This document shows, one piece after another, positions 28,812 to 39,117 of a DNA stretch of 64,000 nucleotides. The first letter of the stretch is position 1; the number at the start of each line of letters is the position of its first letter. Under the pieces are notes generated by a model. The model was not told the DNA's origin. It worked only from the letters and a program-made list of their open reading frames with translations, and did no database searches. Origin of the DNA: a virus. The translations under genes and the position numbers were made by a program. The stretch is from IMG/VR virus record IMGVR_UViG_2654588027_000001; one strand, 5' to 3'.

Positions 28812-29558
28812 TTACCACGTAGCCCAGGTTGGGCATTCCATTAGTTTCTGTTCAAGTGTCTTCTCCGGCTCGCGAGTTGGCGGCTTCGGAATGTCGCTAA
28901 CAACATGAATGCTATCGTTGGTTAGAACACCTGCAGCAATGTCTGCATCAATCATGCTCTGGCCGATGAAATGTCGCATGATGTCGATCAGATGGTGTGC
29001 AACCTTTTCATTCGCGCTGAATACATGGGGGAGAAGAACTTCAATAACCGCTACTTCACATCCCTCCTCGTAAAAGCAGAGTTTCGCCCGCTTTGAGATT
29101 GGCGCGTGCCGATCATAGTCAACAGAGACGCTGGCGAAAGCAGCACCAGGCATTGCAACGTGATCAGCGCGTGCGTTAGCGTGTCGAATCAGATTGGTGA
29201 ATGCGGTGCTGATGTGCGTCTCCATTGCATTGAAGAGCGCATTTTCTTGGATATTCAGCGTTCCGGTTTCAGGTATCGCAACGAACCCCGGCCCAGAATG
29301 TGGGAGATATCCACCTTCCGTAAATGGGTTAACAAGGATCGGCGCAGTGCTTCCTGACGGCAACATAGCCAAGCTCGGCATCAACGGAGTCGATGACAAC
29401 AGACTGGTTAATACCGAGAACTGGTCGTCATTGATGTTTTCGTTTTTCCACAAAAGTGCAGGCGCAGCTGCTTTTGCCGTATGGTGGTTTATCAGCTTTA
29501 TAGATTGCATCACGGCAAACATCTGCAAAAACTGCGTGCGGCTCAAGTTAAACGACAT
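28812..29558 (-). CDS. Hypothetical protein
   Basis: 248-aa ORF coupled between sbcC-like and ruvC-like genes. Confidence 0.4.
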   Translation of the reverse strand: MSFNLSRTQFLQMFAVMQSIKLINHHTAKAAAPALLWKNENINDDQFSVLTSLLSSTPLMPSLAMLPSGSTAPILVNPFTEGGYLPHSGPGFVAIPETGTLNIQENALFNAMETHISTAFTNLIRHANARADHVAMPGAAFASVSVDYDRHAPISKRAKLCFYEEGCEVAVIEVLLPHVFSANEKVAHHLIDIMRHFIGQSMIDADIAAGVLTNDSIHVVSDIPKPPTREPEKTLEQKLMECPTWATW

Positions 29559-31476
29559 AGCTGCGACCCTCTTTGACTTCGACAGTGATGGTTTCCCGGA
29601 ACCACGATTTCATCTCTTTGTGGGAGATGATCATCACTGTGCCGCGTTCACGCGCTTTGGCTTCCAGAATCCCCATGAGACGCTCCAGACCGGCAGTGTC
29701 GAGCGCGTCGTCAATTTCATCGCCGATAAACAGCTCGATATTCTTACTGGCGCGACTGGCAACCAGATCCTGCAAGGCTAGAGAGCACGCAATACGTACC
29801 TTACGCTTCTCACCACCAGACAACGTCTGGAAGGATTTGCTGGAACCTGTTTTGGTCACGCTTATATTGAATTTGTCGCGATACTCGCCTTTCTTCGTTG
29901 TCTCCATTGTCGACCATTCGGCAACGATATTGCCGTCCGATAGCGTGTTGAGATACTCCGCAGTCCTGATGTTCAGGAAAGGCGTAACGGAGGTCAGGAT
30001 GTGTGAACGAACACCTGCAGGGGAGTAAACCTGGCGAGCCTTCTCCAGCAACAGAGCCTGTTCTTGAATACTCTTTAACTCATTTTTAAGTACTGCATGA
30101 TTAGATTTATTGGCAGCCAGGTTGTCCTCATGACGCTTAATAACGGCCAGAAATGGGTTTACCTCTGCCATAATGCGATTCACATCGGTACGCGCCCGCG
30201 CCACCATCGCTTCGACGGCCACAACTTCACGTTCGCGATGACGCAGCGCACTTAGCTCATTGGTCAGGCGTTCGATTTTGGCGATGATTTCTGAAACGTC
30301 GGGTGTGGCTGCGACCAGTGCAGATTCGATGCCGAGCGCTTTCTCAAGACGAGCTTTGTGTTGAGCCACTGCCGAAGCTGATGCTTGCGCCTGGCCGATC
30401 TCATTACGCGCTTGTTCAATGAAACTCTCCTTCACGGTGGACAAATCTTCTTCGCAGTAGGGCTTTCCGCAAGTAACACAAGGTGCTCCGACCTTTGTGC
30501 TGACCTCTTCTGCTTTGGTTTTAAACGAGCGAGCACGGTTCATCGACTCGTTCTGTGCCGCTTCTGAAGTGCGGATGCTTGAGCGGATCTCCGTAATCGC
30601 ACCGCGCACCTTCAGCAGTTTGGCGTCATGCTCTTCTTTGGAGGCCAGCTTGCAGCGTTCGCCAGCAATCGCGTTTTCCGTATCCCGGATCTGTTCCGGC
30701 AGCGAGCGAATTTCCATCACGACTTCAGACAGCGTTACCTCCGCGCCAGCCAAATCTACGCGGGCCTTGTCCAGACGTTCGCCGCGATCGCGTTCCCAAC
30801 TATCAGAGGACGCTTTGGCCGCCTCAATCTCTGACTGCGCGGTCTCGATAAGCGTGAGACAGGCGTCCATTTTGGATTTGGTAACATCCATGCGTGCGGC
30901 AGCTGCATTAGCACGCTCGCGAGCAATGGCATAGGCTCGCGTTAACCGGTCGACGCCAGCGGCTTCTTCAACGATGGTTTTGAGGTTCTTGTCGGACATA
31001 CCCGGCAGATCTGGCATTGCTTCCTGACTGGCGTAGATGGACGCCATGAACACCTCTTTCGATGCACCAATCAGGCGTTCAACGAACTCCTGCGTCAGTG
31101 TGTCTTTGCCTTTGGTCATGTCACCGTCTTCGCCACGGACGATCAGCCGGTTCTTGAACTCTTTGTGTTTGCGGTGGCGAATGATGGCGTAACGCTTTCC
31201 TTCATCCTCAACAGTTACCATCACACGACAGTTTTTTTCGTGACCTGTAGACAGCACGTCGTCACCTTTGACGCCATGCGCAGTTTCGCCATACAGACAC
31301 CACATCAGGCTGTTCATCAAAGTCGATTTGCCCGCGCCATTGCTGGCAGCGGAAGAGTCGCCACTGTTAACACCCTGAATGAGCACCAGACCGCGTTGGT
31401 CTAACTCAACTTCGGCGCTGGCTAACGCCATGAAGTTCTCAACCTGGAGCTTTAGAAATTTCATACAATGCCTCAA
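29548..31476 (-). CDS. SbcC/Rad50-like ATPase (T4 gp46-like)
   Basis: N-terminal Walker A NGAGKSTLMNSL, long coiled coil, C-terminal signature LSGGEKRKVRIA and Walker B LFIGDEIDDALD. Confidence 0.8.
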   Translation of the reverse strand: MRHCMKFLKLQVENFMALASAEVELDQRGLVLIQGVNSGDSSAASNGAGKSTLMNSLMWCLYGETAHGVKGDDVLSTGHEKNCRVMVTVEDEGKRYAIIRHRKHKEFKNRLIVRGEDGDMTKGKDTLTQEFVERLIGASKEVFMASIYASQEAMPDLPGMSDKNLKTIVEEAAGVDRLTRAYAIARERANAAAARMDVTKSKMDACLTLIETAQSEIEAAKASSDSWERDRGERLDKARVDLAGAEVTLSEVVMEIRSLPEQIRDTENAIAGERCKLASKEEHDAKLLKVRGAITEIRSSIRTSEAAQNESMNRARSFKTKAEEVSTKVGAPCVTCGKPYCEEDLSTVKESFIEQARNEIGQAQASASAVAQHKARLEKALGIESALVAATPDVSEIIAKIERLTNELSALRHREREVVAVEAMVARARTDVNRIMAEVNPFLAVIKRHEDNLAANKSNHAVLKNELKSIQEQALLLEKARQVYSPAGVRSHILTSVTPFLNIRTAEYLNTLSDGNIVAEWSTMETTKKGEYRDKFNISVTKTGSSKSFQTLSGGEKRKVRIACSLALQDLVASRASKNIELFIGDEIDDALDTAGLERLMGILEAKARERGTVMIISHKEMKSWFRETITVEVKEGRSYVV

Positions 31477-31739
31477 ACTTTTTGATTCAAATGCTGGCCT
31501 TTTCGTAGTTGAAACTCCGTGTGAGCCGGGAAGGATTTGCGTTTTAGTACGCCCTTTTTGCTCAATCTTCCCAGGTAAAACGCCACAGGGTTTCCATTAG
31601 GTGGGTAGGGCTTGTGGAACATCACCGTCTGGCCTCGTTCAAGTCTTCTCATTGTGGAGACGAAGTCCCGAAAGCTCCCAGAATGGTTCGTACTCACACT
31701 GCCTCCGCACTCTCCGCTTCGGTCAGGATTTCCTGACAC
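31473..31739 (-). CDS. Small hypothetical ORF between sbcC-like and sbcD-like genes (weak)
   Basis: 88-aa ORF overlapping both neighbours. No recognisable motif. Confidence 0.2.
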   Translation of the reverse strand: MSGNPDRSGECGGSVSTNHSGSFRDFVSTMRRLERGQTVMFHKPYPPNGNPVAFYLGRLSKKGVLKRKSFPAHTEFQLRKGQHLNQKV

Positions 31740-32779
31740 AGCATGTCCAGCTTGCTCAGGTCGAAGCCGCCATCAGTGTCGTGAACGATCTTGCAGTACG
31801 CCGCGACGGACTCGCCCAGGCTGTCTATTTTGCTGGTCTCCGCAGTACTGGCAGAGCCTTCCATCATCGATGCCTTGCGGATGAAGTTGCAGACGACACC
31901 CTTCGCGCCCATTGTTTTCAGGACGTTCTGGAGTTTGATGCCTTCTTCATCGTTCTCAACAACGGCACGAAAGCGCACGTAGTTACCGCGAATTTGATCG
32001 TCTTCCACATCGTCCTCAAGGTTCACGAACTTGGGTGCAGAGGTTTCGTGGTGGGTGAATGTGCCGTCAGGGTTGACGATCATGAAGCCAGCCAGCGAGC
32101 CAACATCACCCCAATTCTGGTGCGTCAGCGCCCCGATGCTAACCACCCCAGGCAGCACTTCTTTGTGGTTGTGGTAGTGTCCGGACAACAACAAACGGAA
32201 GCCGATATCTTTCAGTTCCTGTGCGTCGATGCCGACATCAGGCATGGTAGGGATCGCTTTGTTGATCGAGGTATGCACAACGACATCGTGATTGTCGCCA
32301 TCCAGCCCGGAACGCAGTGTTTTGAGGTCGCTGATAAGCTCTGCGTGGTTATTGCGCCAGCTAATCAGATGGACGGTAACGTCGCCAATTTTGATGGAGT
32401 GAGGACGTTTGCCGCAGACGATTTCCACACCGATTGAGCGCAGAGAGGCCGCTGCATTGGCGCTGTATACGGAATCGTTGGTTTCGAGGTCGTGGTTGCC
32501 GGCCAGCATAACCACTTCGAGGCCCAACTCTTTGATGATCCACTCGTAAGTTTCGGTCACGAAATGCAGGACGGAAGGCGATATAGCACCACGAACATGG
32601 AAAGTATCACCAGCCACCAGCATGTGCTTGCAGCCCGCAGCTTTCATGGCTTTGGCAGCTTCTTTCGTGGCATCCAGTTGGATCTCCAGTCGAGAGTTCA
32701 GCCCGTCAGCGTTTGTTGTCGCAAAAGCATCCCAACGATGATAATGGGGATCTGATATCACCCCGTATGGCAATGTCAT
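31694..32779 (-). CDS. SbcD/Mre11-like nuclease (T4 gp47-like)
   Basis: Phosphoesterase motifs ISDPHYH, GDTFH, GNHD. Confidence 0.8.
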   Translation of the reverse strand: MTLPYGVISDPHYHRWDAFATTNADGLNSRLEIQLDATKEAAKAMKAAGCKHMLVAGDTFHVRGAISPSVLHFVTETYEWIIKELGLEVVMLAGNHDLETNDSVYSANAAASLRSIGVEIVCGKRPHSIKIGDVTVHLISWRNNHAELISDLKTLRSGLDGDNHDVVVHTSINKAIPTMPDVGIDAQELKDIGFRLLLSGHYHNHKEVLPGVVSIGALTHQNWGDVGSLAGFMIVNPDGTFTHHETSAPKFVNLEDDVEDDQIRGNYVRFRAVVENDEEGIKLQNVLKTMGAKGVVCNFIRKASMMEGSASTAETSKIDSLGESVAAYCKIVHDTDGGFDLSKLDMLCQEILTEAESAEAV

Positions 32780-33194
32780 GTGTCTTTTCCTTTGTGGTTA
32801 TTTTGATACAGATATTAAGCGTGCTTGAGAGGCGAACAACCCAGACAACACGGCACAGAAGAAAATCTACAGGCACATGATTATGACAAAATACATAAGT
32901 AAGTGAATACCTATTTTCATGGCGGTAATGATTTCTAAATGTAACGAGCAACTCTTCGTCACGTCAGAATTTATAGGCATGTCTCTAGAATCCGCTCTCA
33001 GCAGTCTGGGCTTTCGTCACTGGCAATGGACCGAGATCTGCGCATTCGAGGCTGCCTTACCGGCGCTTATGCTTATCCATTTGCTGGTAAAAATGAGCCA
33101 GTTATTCGCCAGATAGCCAGAATGCTTTCTACTTTATTATCATTACCCATTTTTTTAAACTCTTACGAACTGTTCACAGTAAGAGGTAAATATT

Positions 33195-34217
33195 ATGTTC
33201 AGATGCTTGGCTTTAACCGTTTCACTTGCATTTATCCTGCCCGGCGCCCTACACGCGGCGGATACCCGGGAATCAAGCTCATCTATCAGGGATATTAACG
33301 TCATTACTTTTCAGGGGGGGTGGAACCTGCCTGTTTGGGTTGCCCAGGAAAAAGGCTTTTTCAGAAAAAATGGTCTTAATGTGAAAATGGATTACACACC
33401 CAATTCCGGTCAACTGGTCAGAAACCTGCTGAATGGCAAGTATAATATTGCAGTAGCAGGTATTGATAACGTCATCGCGTATCAAGAGGGCCAGGTGAAA
33501 GAGCCGGTAGTGAATCCGGATATGTTCGCGTTTTATGGAGTGGATAACGGGCTTCTTTCATTAGTTGCTAACCCTCAAATTAAGAACATCAGTGATCTTA
33601 AAGGAAAACAAGTTTCAGTCGACGCTTTGACCACTGGCTATGCCTTTGTTATCCGGAATTATCTTGAGAAAAACGGGCTGACACAAAATGATGTCCACTA
33701 TACAAGTGTTGGCAGTACGAATGATCGCTTTAATGCACTTCTCGCCGGTAAGACAGATGCAACACTTCTCCGTACTCCATTAAATCTGCAGGCGAAAGAA
33801 AATGGGTTTAAGATCCTTGCCTCCGGAAGTGAACTTGGCGACTATCAGGGCACAACTGGCATTACAACCCGCTCCTGGGCGGCTCAGAATGGTGATATTC
33901 TGGTAAGTTACATCCGTAGCTATATCGACGGACTGAACTGGATTTATGACCCCCGTAACCAAAAAGAAGCAGAAGAAATTCTGGTCAAAAAGGCACCAGG
34001 AATGACGGCGGAGCTGGCAGGACCTGCATTACAGGAATTACTTAACAATGGGCTGCAACGGGATGCTGCTATTAATGCAGAAGGGGTAAAAAATGTTCTA
34101 CTGTTGCGAAGCAGGCTTGCTAAGCCAGAGAAAAATCTGACAGATACGCATAAATATTATGATACCAGCTATTATCAGAAAGCAGTGGGCTTAAACAAGC
34201 AAGAAACAGGCAAATAG
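33195..34217 (+). CDS. Periplasmic substrate-binding protein (NMT1/SsuA/TauA-like), orphan
   Basis: Signal peptide MFRCLALTVSLAFILPGALHA. Substrate-binding-protein fold pattern; no permease or ATPase partner nearby. AT-rich flanks. Confidence 0.65.
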   Translation: MFRCLALTVSLAFILPGALHAADTRESSSSIRDINVITFQGGWNLPVWVAQEKGFFRKNGLNVKMDYTPNSGQLVRNLLNGKYNIAVAGIDNVIAYQEGQVKEPVVNPDMFAFYGVDNGLLSLVANPQIKNISDLKGKQVSVDALTTGYAFVIRNYLEKNGLTQNDVHYTSVGSTNDRFNALLAGKTDATLLRTPLNLQAKENGFKILASGSELGDYQGTTGITTRSWAAQNGDILVSYIRSYIDGLNWIYDPRNQKEAEEILVKKAPGMTAELAGPALQELLNNGLQRDAAINAEGVKNVLLLRSRLAKPEKNLTDTHKYYDTSYYQKAVGLNKQETGK

Positions 34218-34576
34218 TCTCATTACAGGCGGTTGTCTACTGGACAATCGCCTATTTACCTGGAGTGCATTACTATTATTTATGTGATGCGTACCAGTAA
34301 ACATGTACCTGTTTTAACCTAGTACATATTTTTCTTCTGACCACTACTGAGATCCTAATCTCTCTCGTACTGTTTTTGTGACAGATATTTTACTGTCACT
34401 ATGATTAACGGGGGCTGCAAATTAAAAACCGGCCCTGCTCGTTCGTCTTCATTGCCAGCTTGGTCTGCCACAGCCGCCGCCCTTGAATAAAATTCACTCA
34501 TGTATTAATCCCTAAAGCTCTCAGTGTCTTTCTAAGACACCATATTTTATGCCCCGGTAAAACCATGAGTTTACGT

Positions 34577-35221
34577 TTAAAACGTCTCAGAGGGCTTCTG
34601 ACGCGCTACGCTGATGTCGATTACCCCAGCTTTTGGGCGAGGGTCGACAAGATTCAACTCTTCAGCACTGTGATACTCCGTATCGAACTCCCGATCGACA
34701 TGGCGAATGTAGATGGCCGTGAGAAGGCTGTCGTCGTTCAGGAAGTGTCCGTAGGATTTGCGGATCACTTCGCCAACCTTATCAATCTTCTCTCCGCCCA
34801 TGCAGAGATGGTTAAACCGGCTGTGTTTCCGCAGCATCTCATCCACGGGGCCGGAGTAGACTTTATCGACTCTCCCGAACCGGATGATATTTCCAGTATC
34901 AGCCTCAACCAGACAAACGAGCTTGCCAGGTTCGACCCGGTCTCGCCATGTTACACCAGAGCGGAGCGTGTTGAAGTAGGGTGCGTCCAATCCGATGATC
35001 GGTTTACGAAATGCCAGCAGTGGCACGTAACGTATGCAGCTGTTCAAGTGGAAGTGCGCACCGGCGTCGTAGAGTTTGAGCCGAGTTTCGTTAATCGGGC
35101 ACTTCGACGCTATGCCGCATAGGTCGCAGAGCAATTTCTGTTTGTTCAGGATAGTGTTCGATTCAATGGTGTAGGAGCCATCTTCAAGACGGCGAACCCA
35201 GCGCGTGCGTTTGAGATCCAT
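34577..35221 (-). CDS. Hypothetical protein
   Basis: 214-aa ORF upstream of the replicon region. Confidence 0.4.
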   Translation of the reverse strand: MDLKRTRWVRRLEDGSYTIESNTILNKQKLLCDLCGIASKCPINETRLKLYDAGAHFHLNSCIRYVPLLAFRKPIIGLDAPYFNTLRSGVTWRDRVEPGKLVCLVEADTGNIIRFGRVDKVYSGPVDEMLRKHSRFNHLCMGGEKIDKVGEVIRKSYGHFLNDDSLLTAIYIRHVDREFDTEYHSAEELNLVDPRPKAGVIDISVARQKPSETF

Positions 35222-35269
35222 AATTCTTATTCAAATAGTTTTGTCCGGGGCAACGATAACTGACAAGGC

Positions 35270-35940
35270 GCACCGATGTTTGCAAATGCCTGTTTTACTT
35301 ATACCCATTATTCACAGGACCGATCCAATAATTAGATCCCCAGAGAGATCCTACAGAAGATCAAAAGAGATCCCCGATCGTCTCCAGCCGTTGCGGTTAC
35401 TGGCCTGAGAGGGGGTTACTATCCACTATGGGGAGCAAAGTAACCTCTGTAGAGAGCATAATAACCGCTATGAAGAGCAAAACAACCTCTCTGGAGAGTG
35501 GTCGGTATCCACTGTAGTGAGTAGGAGGCATTGTCTTGACTGGATAACTCTTTGCCTGTTTTTCTGTGTTAGATAGCTGATATTCATGGATATATCGTTA
35601 ATCTTGCGTTCAGGCGTGTTTGTTTCCACCACACATTATCCCCAGAAAGGGAGTGATGGCTGGTTTTGCAATTACCTGATTTTTATACACAGGCCCGATC
35701 CAGTAATTCAGATCCCAAATAGAACCAAAGAGACCCACAAAGACCCAAAAAGATCCCCGCATCCCGCAAACCGTTGTGCCATCTGGCCTCAGAGGTGATC
35801 GATATCCACTATAGAGAGAAGATCAGCCACTATGAAGAGTAAACCAACCACTGTAGAGAGTAGAAAAACCACTATAGGCGGTAGGATAACCGCTGTGATG
35901 AGTGCTAATATCCACTGTAATCAGCAAAGGCCACCAAAGC
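35270..35940. repeat. Two tandem copies of an origin-like unit, each with an AT-rich DnaA-box-like segment, a GATC cluster and 5-6 iterons (CCACTGTAGAGAGTA-like, about 21 bp)
   Basis: Unit 1 about 35270-35530, unit 2 about 35660-35935. Iterons and GATC clusters read directly, for example GATCCAATAATTAGATCCCCAGAGAGATCCTACAGAAGATC. Confidence 0.65.
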
Positions 35941-35965
35941 CGTCGAATAAAAAGAGACACTTGGA

Positions 35966-36829
35966 ATGAGCGAAAACGGCAATAAAAACATAGCGATCGT
36001 TGAAGCATTCTCAGAAACAGACAAAAAGACAGGCGAAGTTGTTACGTTAGTTCCTAACACCAACAACACTGTTCAGCCCGTTGCTCTGATGCGTCTTGGT
36101 CTCTTCGTTCCGACGCTGAAATCGACGTCCAGGGGCAGGAAGGGGCAAATGGTCTCTATGGACGCCTCTGCTGAACTCAAACAGCTGTCTCTGGCCAAAG
36201 CCGAAGGGTATGAGGACATAAGGATCTCCGGCGTTCGTCTGGATATGGATAACGACTTTAAAACGTGGGTAGGCATCATCCACGCGTTCGCCAAGCACAA
36301 GGTTGTTGGCGACACTGTCACGTTACCGTTCGTCGAGTTCGTCAGGCTCTGTGGCATACCAACGGCCAGATCGTCCGCGAAGTTACGTAAGCGCCTGGAC
36401 AGTTCTCTAACTCGTATCGCCACAAACACTATCTCATTCCGCAGTAAAGGCTCTGATGAGTATTACGTAACTCACCTTGTGCAGACAGCAAAGTACAGCA
36501 CTAAGAACGACACGGTCTCGCTGCAGGCTGATCCTAAGATTTTCGAACTCTACCAGTTCGACAAAAAGGTTCTTCTGCAACTCCGGGCAATCAACGAACT
36601 CTCCAGAAAAGAATCCGCCCAGGCACTCTACACATTCATCGAAAGTTTGCCACCTGACCCGGCACCAATCTCGTTGGCTCGCTTACGCGCCAGACTTAAC
36701 TTAACCAGCCGCACCATTACCCAGAACGCGACAGTCAGGAAGGCGATGGAGCAGCTGCGGGAGATCGGCTATCTCGATTACACCGAAGTGAAGCGCGGCA
36801 GCTCGGTCTACTTCATCATTCCACTATAG
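35966..36829 (+). CDS. repA: Iteron-binding replication initiator RepA (Rep_3 / P1 RepA-like)
   Basis: 287 aa flanked on both sides by iteron arrays. [22 protein letters not shown] is typical of Rep_3 initiators. Confidence 0.8.
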   Translation: MSENGNKNIAIVEAFSETDKKTGEVVTLVPNTNNTVQPVALMRLGLFVPTLKSTSRGRKGQMVSMDASAELKQLSLAKAEGYEDIRISGVRLDMDNDFKTWVGIIHAFAKHKVVGDTVTLPFVEFVRLCGIPTARSSAKLRKRLDSSLTRIATNTISFRSKGSDEYYVTHLVQTAKYSTKNDTVSLQADPKIFELYQFDKKVLLQLRAINELSRKESAQALYTFIESLPPDPAPISLARLRARLNLTSRTITQNATVRKAMEQLREIGYLDYTEVKRGSSVYFIIPL

Positions 36830-37034
36830 GCGGCCGAAGTTACGCCCGGCATTGCCACCAACTAAAGCTGCGCCGGAAGAACCAGAAGAGCAGGAAGATA
36901 ACTTGCCTGGCGATGGTCAGGAGGACATCATCGATGTTGTTCCTGAAGAAAAAGACGGTGAGATGGTCATGTTGAGCAAGGAAGAACTGGCGATTCTCGA
37001 AGAGCTGCGCAAGGCAAAGGCTCGCAAATAGCCC

Positions 37035-37590
37035 AATCACTGTAGAGAGTAGAAAGGCTCACTATCCGCTGTAGTGGGCCTTTTGTTTATCTGAAGTCCG
37101 CTATCCACTGTAGTGAGTAACAACAACCGAATAGTAACCACTGTAGGCAGTAGCGCTCAAATAACGAAATGAATGTTAGTGGTTACAAACCTAGATGAAA
37201 CAAGGGCTGCGAGGTTAGTGGTCACTGGGTGACTTGTTAAATCCACTCTCTATAGTGGTTATCGTTGCTCCCTTCGCTATTGGCTATCCACTATGGAGAG
37301 CAGAATCGGTTGGCTGGATTTACTATCCACTGTGGAGAGTAGACATCCGCTGAAAACAGTGAAGGTTTACTCTCCATAGTGGATACCCGCTGGAGGTCGC
37401 ATTCCATCACTCTCCATAGTGGTTGTTTGCTGTGAATGAACGCCTGTTTACTCTCTACAGTGGATAGTGAAGTCGATAATCACCACTTTACTCACTACAG
37501 TGGATACCGGATGCCACGGCAGCCGTTTTACTCACTACAGTGGTTATGACCCAGATACGCGCGCGGTGAGCTGGCTACTCACCGCAGTGG
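37035..37590. repeat. Downstream iteron array (incA-like): about 13 copies of the CCACTGTAGAGAGTA family in both orientations
   Basis: For example CACTGTAGAGAGTAG, CCACTGTAGTGAGTAA, and inverted copies TACTCTCCATAGTGGATA, TACTCACTACAGTGGATACC. Confidence 0.7.
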
Positions 37591-37599
37591 TTGGTGTTA

Positions 37600-37815
37600 T
37601 CAGTGGATTTTCTTCAGCAGACCCCAGAGCGTTCCGGCCTTCGTCGTGAGCTTACCTGTTTCCGGATCGTACATGCGCCACTCGCGACGCTGGTGGATAA
37701 TGACACCGTCCTCACGTTCCAGTCGCTCCAGCACGCCGGGCTGTTTAAACCCTTTGGCACGCCAGTAGCCGCTTGTTTTTTCGATTTCAAGACCTGCCAT
37801 TGTAACCGCCATCAA
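37600..37815 (-). CDS. Small basic protein (71 aa)
   Basis: Last gene of a three-gene overlapping operon. Confidence 0.35.
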   Translation of the reverse strand: MMAVTMAGLEIEKTSGYWRAKGFKQPGVLERLEREDGVIIHQRREWRMYDPETGKLTTKAGTLWGLLKKIH

Positions 37816-38147
37816 CCAACCTCCTTGCAGTCATCGAAAAGGTAGCTGGCGTTCTTCGCGTGAACGCCGTAAACATCACCTGATTTGTCGTAAACGAACT
37901 TATCTTCACCCACGCCAGACAGTTTGCCGTTACGTCTGGTGAGATAGGGTGAAGACAGGACGCGATCATCGCGCACGACATAAAACTGTTCGCCGCTGTC
38001 CACAATCATCGCGCCGTAGTTAGCTTTGACGACGTTGCAGATCTCGTCGTTTTTCACTTCGGCCACAGACATTTCACACTCATAGACATGTGTGTTCGCG
38101 TAGACAGGGAGAGTGAACAGTGCCAGAGCCAGGGCTGTTTTCTTCAT
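37812..38147 (-). CDS. Secreted small protein (signal peptide MKKTALALALFTLPVYA)
   Basis: 111 aa with a cleavable signal peptide. Start overlaps the upstream stop. Confidence 0.5.
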   Translation of the reverse strand: MKKTALALALFTLPVYANTHVYECEMSVAEVKNDEICNVVKANYGAMIVDSGEQFYVVRDDRVLSSPYLTRRNGKLSGVGEDKFVYDKSGDVYGVHAKNASYLFDDCKEVG

Positions 38148-38149
38148 GC

Positions 38150-38323
38150 CACGACTCCTTGGATAACGCCGAATGCTGAGTCGAATAACAGCACTACGGC
38201 CAGCGCATTAATCATCGCGCTATTAACAGGCGCCAGCGCTTTATGGATTACTCCGGTGAAGATGCAATCGAGCACAAAAGCTATCGAGATAATAAGTAAT
38301 AAGGTGTCTAATACGGTTTTCAT
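38150..38323 (-). CDS. Small two-TM membrane protein (59 aa), below the ORF-track cutoff
   Basis: Manual translation MKTVLDTLLLIISIAFVLDCIFTGVIHKALAPVNSAMINALAVVLLFDSAFGVIQGVVA. Its stop overlaps the next ATG. Confidence 0.4.
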
Positions 38324-38363
38324 GATAGGTAAATACTAACTTATATATTATTTGCTGTAAATA

Positions 38364-38639
38364 TCACTCAAAAGTGCTGATGCCTAAAATACGCTCAAGG
38401 TGAGCAGCGTCTTCATCGCTTACCGGCGTCGTGTCGTCTACATACCAACAACTACCATTGCTCCAACAAACACCGTCATCATCGACATGCACAGAATCCG
38501 CATCCATACCAGTATACTCAACGAGATTGCGCTCAATTGCCGCTTGGATTTCTTCATCGTTCAGACCGTCGCACTTGACCATGAACAACGGATAAACGTC
38601 ATAGTCGGTGCTTGATGAAATGCGAACCAAAATCTTCAT
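38364..38639 (-). CDS. Small highly acidic protein (91 aa, about 27% Asp+Glu)
   Basis: AAGGAG RBS. Composition read from the translation. Confidence 0.5.
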   Translation of the reverse strand: MKILVRISSSTDYDVYPLFMVKCDGLNDEEIQAAIERNLVEYTGMDADSVHVDDDGVCWSNGSCWYVDDTTPVSDEDAAHLERILGISTFE

Positions 38640-38706
38640 GTGCTTCTCCTTGTTGGTAAGTACTTATTTATACTAATGTGCGCCATGCGGTACACAATCA
38701 TTGTGT

Positions 38707-39117
38707 TCAGGCTGGTGGAAAGAACTTCTCCAGCGTGCGGTCGACAGCCTTATCAATGTGCATCAGATGCCAGACGACCATATCTTTACTTCCCAGATCG
38801 CGGGTGTAGATCACGTCGAACTTACGCCAGGCGGCGTGAAACCAGTGCGGTGTGTCATCAACCGGCAGATTCTCCCCAGCCTCCTTGAAGTACTTGAGCA
38901 GCATGGCCTGTTCAGCGGTTGGCGTCGGGCCAATCTCTTCCGCGTACATTCTGATGAAACGCTGCCAGTCGGCTTCATCTTCTGAAGGTTCCGGTGCGTT
39001 CATCTCTGCAATCGCCTCACGCAGCTGCGTCGCCCATTCTGGCTCCGGGAAGCCCTGGGCAATTTCGGTATCCACTACATCCAGCGCAGCGTTGGCCGCG
39101 TCATACAGTTTTTTCAC
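38707..39117 (-). CDS. Hypothetical protein
   Basis: 136 aa, acidic. Confidence 0.4.
   Translation of the reverse strand: MKKLYDAANAALDVVDTEIAQGFPEPEWATQLREAIAEMNAPEPSEDEADWQRFIRMYAEEIGPTPTAEQAMLLKYFKEAGENLPVDDTPHWFHAAWRKFDVIYTRDLGSKDMVVWHLMHIDKAVDRTLEKFFPPA

Noticed and set aside
31601-32437. 278-aa plus-strand ORF
   Set aside because: It is antisense to the sbcD-like gene, whose phosphoesterase motifs are intact.
36832-37032. Open frame encoding an acidic tail (…PEEPEEQEDNLPGDGQEDIIDVVPEEKDG…) directly after the repA stop in the +2 frame
   Set aside because: There is no in-frame start until MVMLSKEELAILEELRKAKARK near its end, and no evidence for frameshifting. It is too short and unsupported. 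I note it only as a possible RepA extension to check in homologues.
35400-37590. Considered whether the regularly repeated 21-bp units could be a CRISPR array
   Set aside because: The repeats are imperfect and occur in both orientations. They lack unique spacers of constant length, and they flank a Rep_3 initiator gene together with GATC clusters. This is iteron architecture, not CRISPR.
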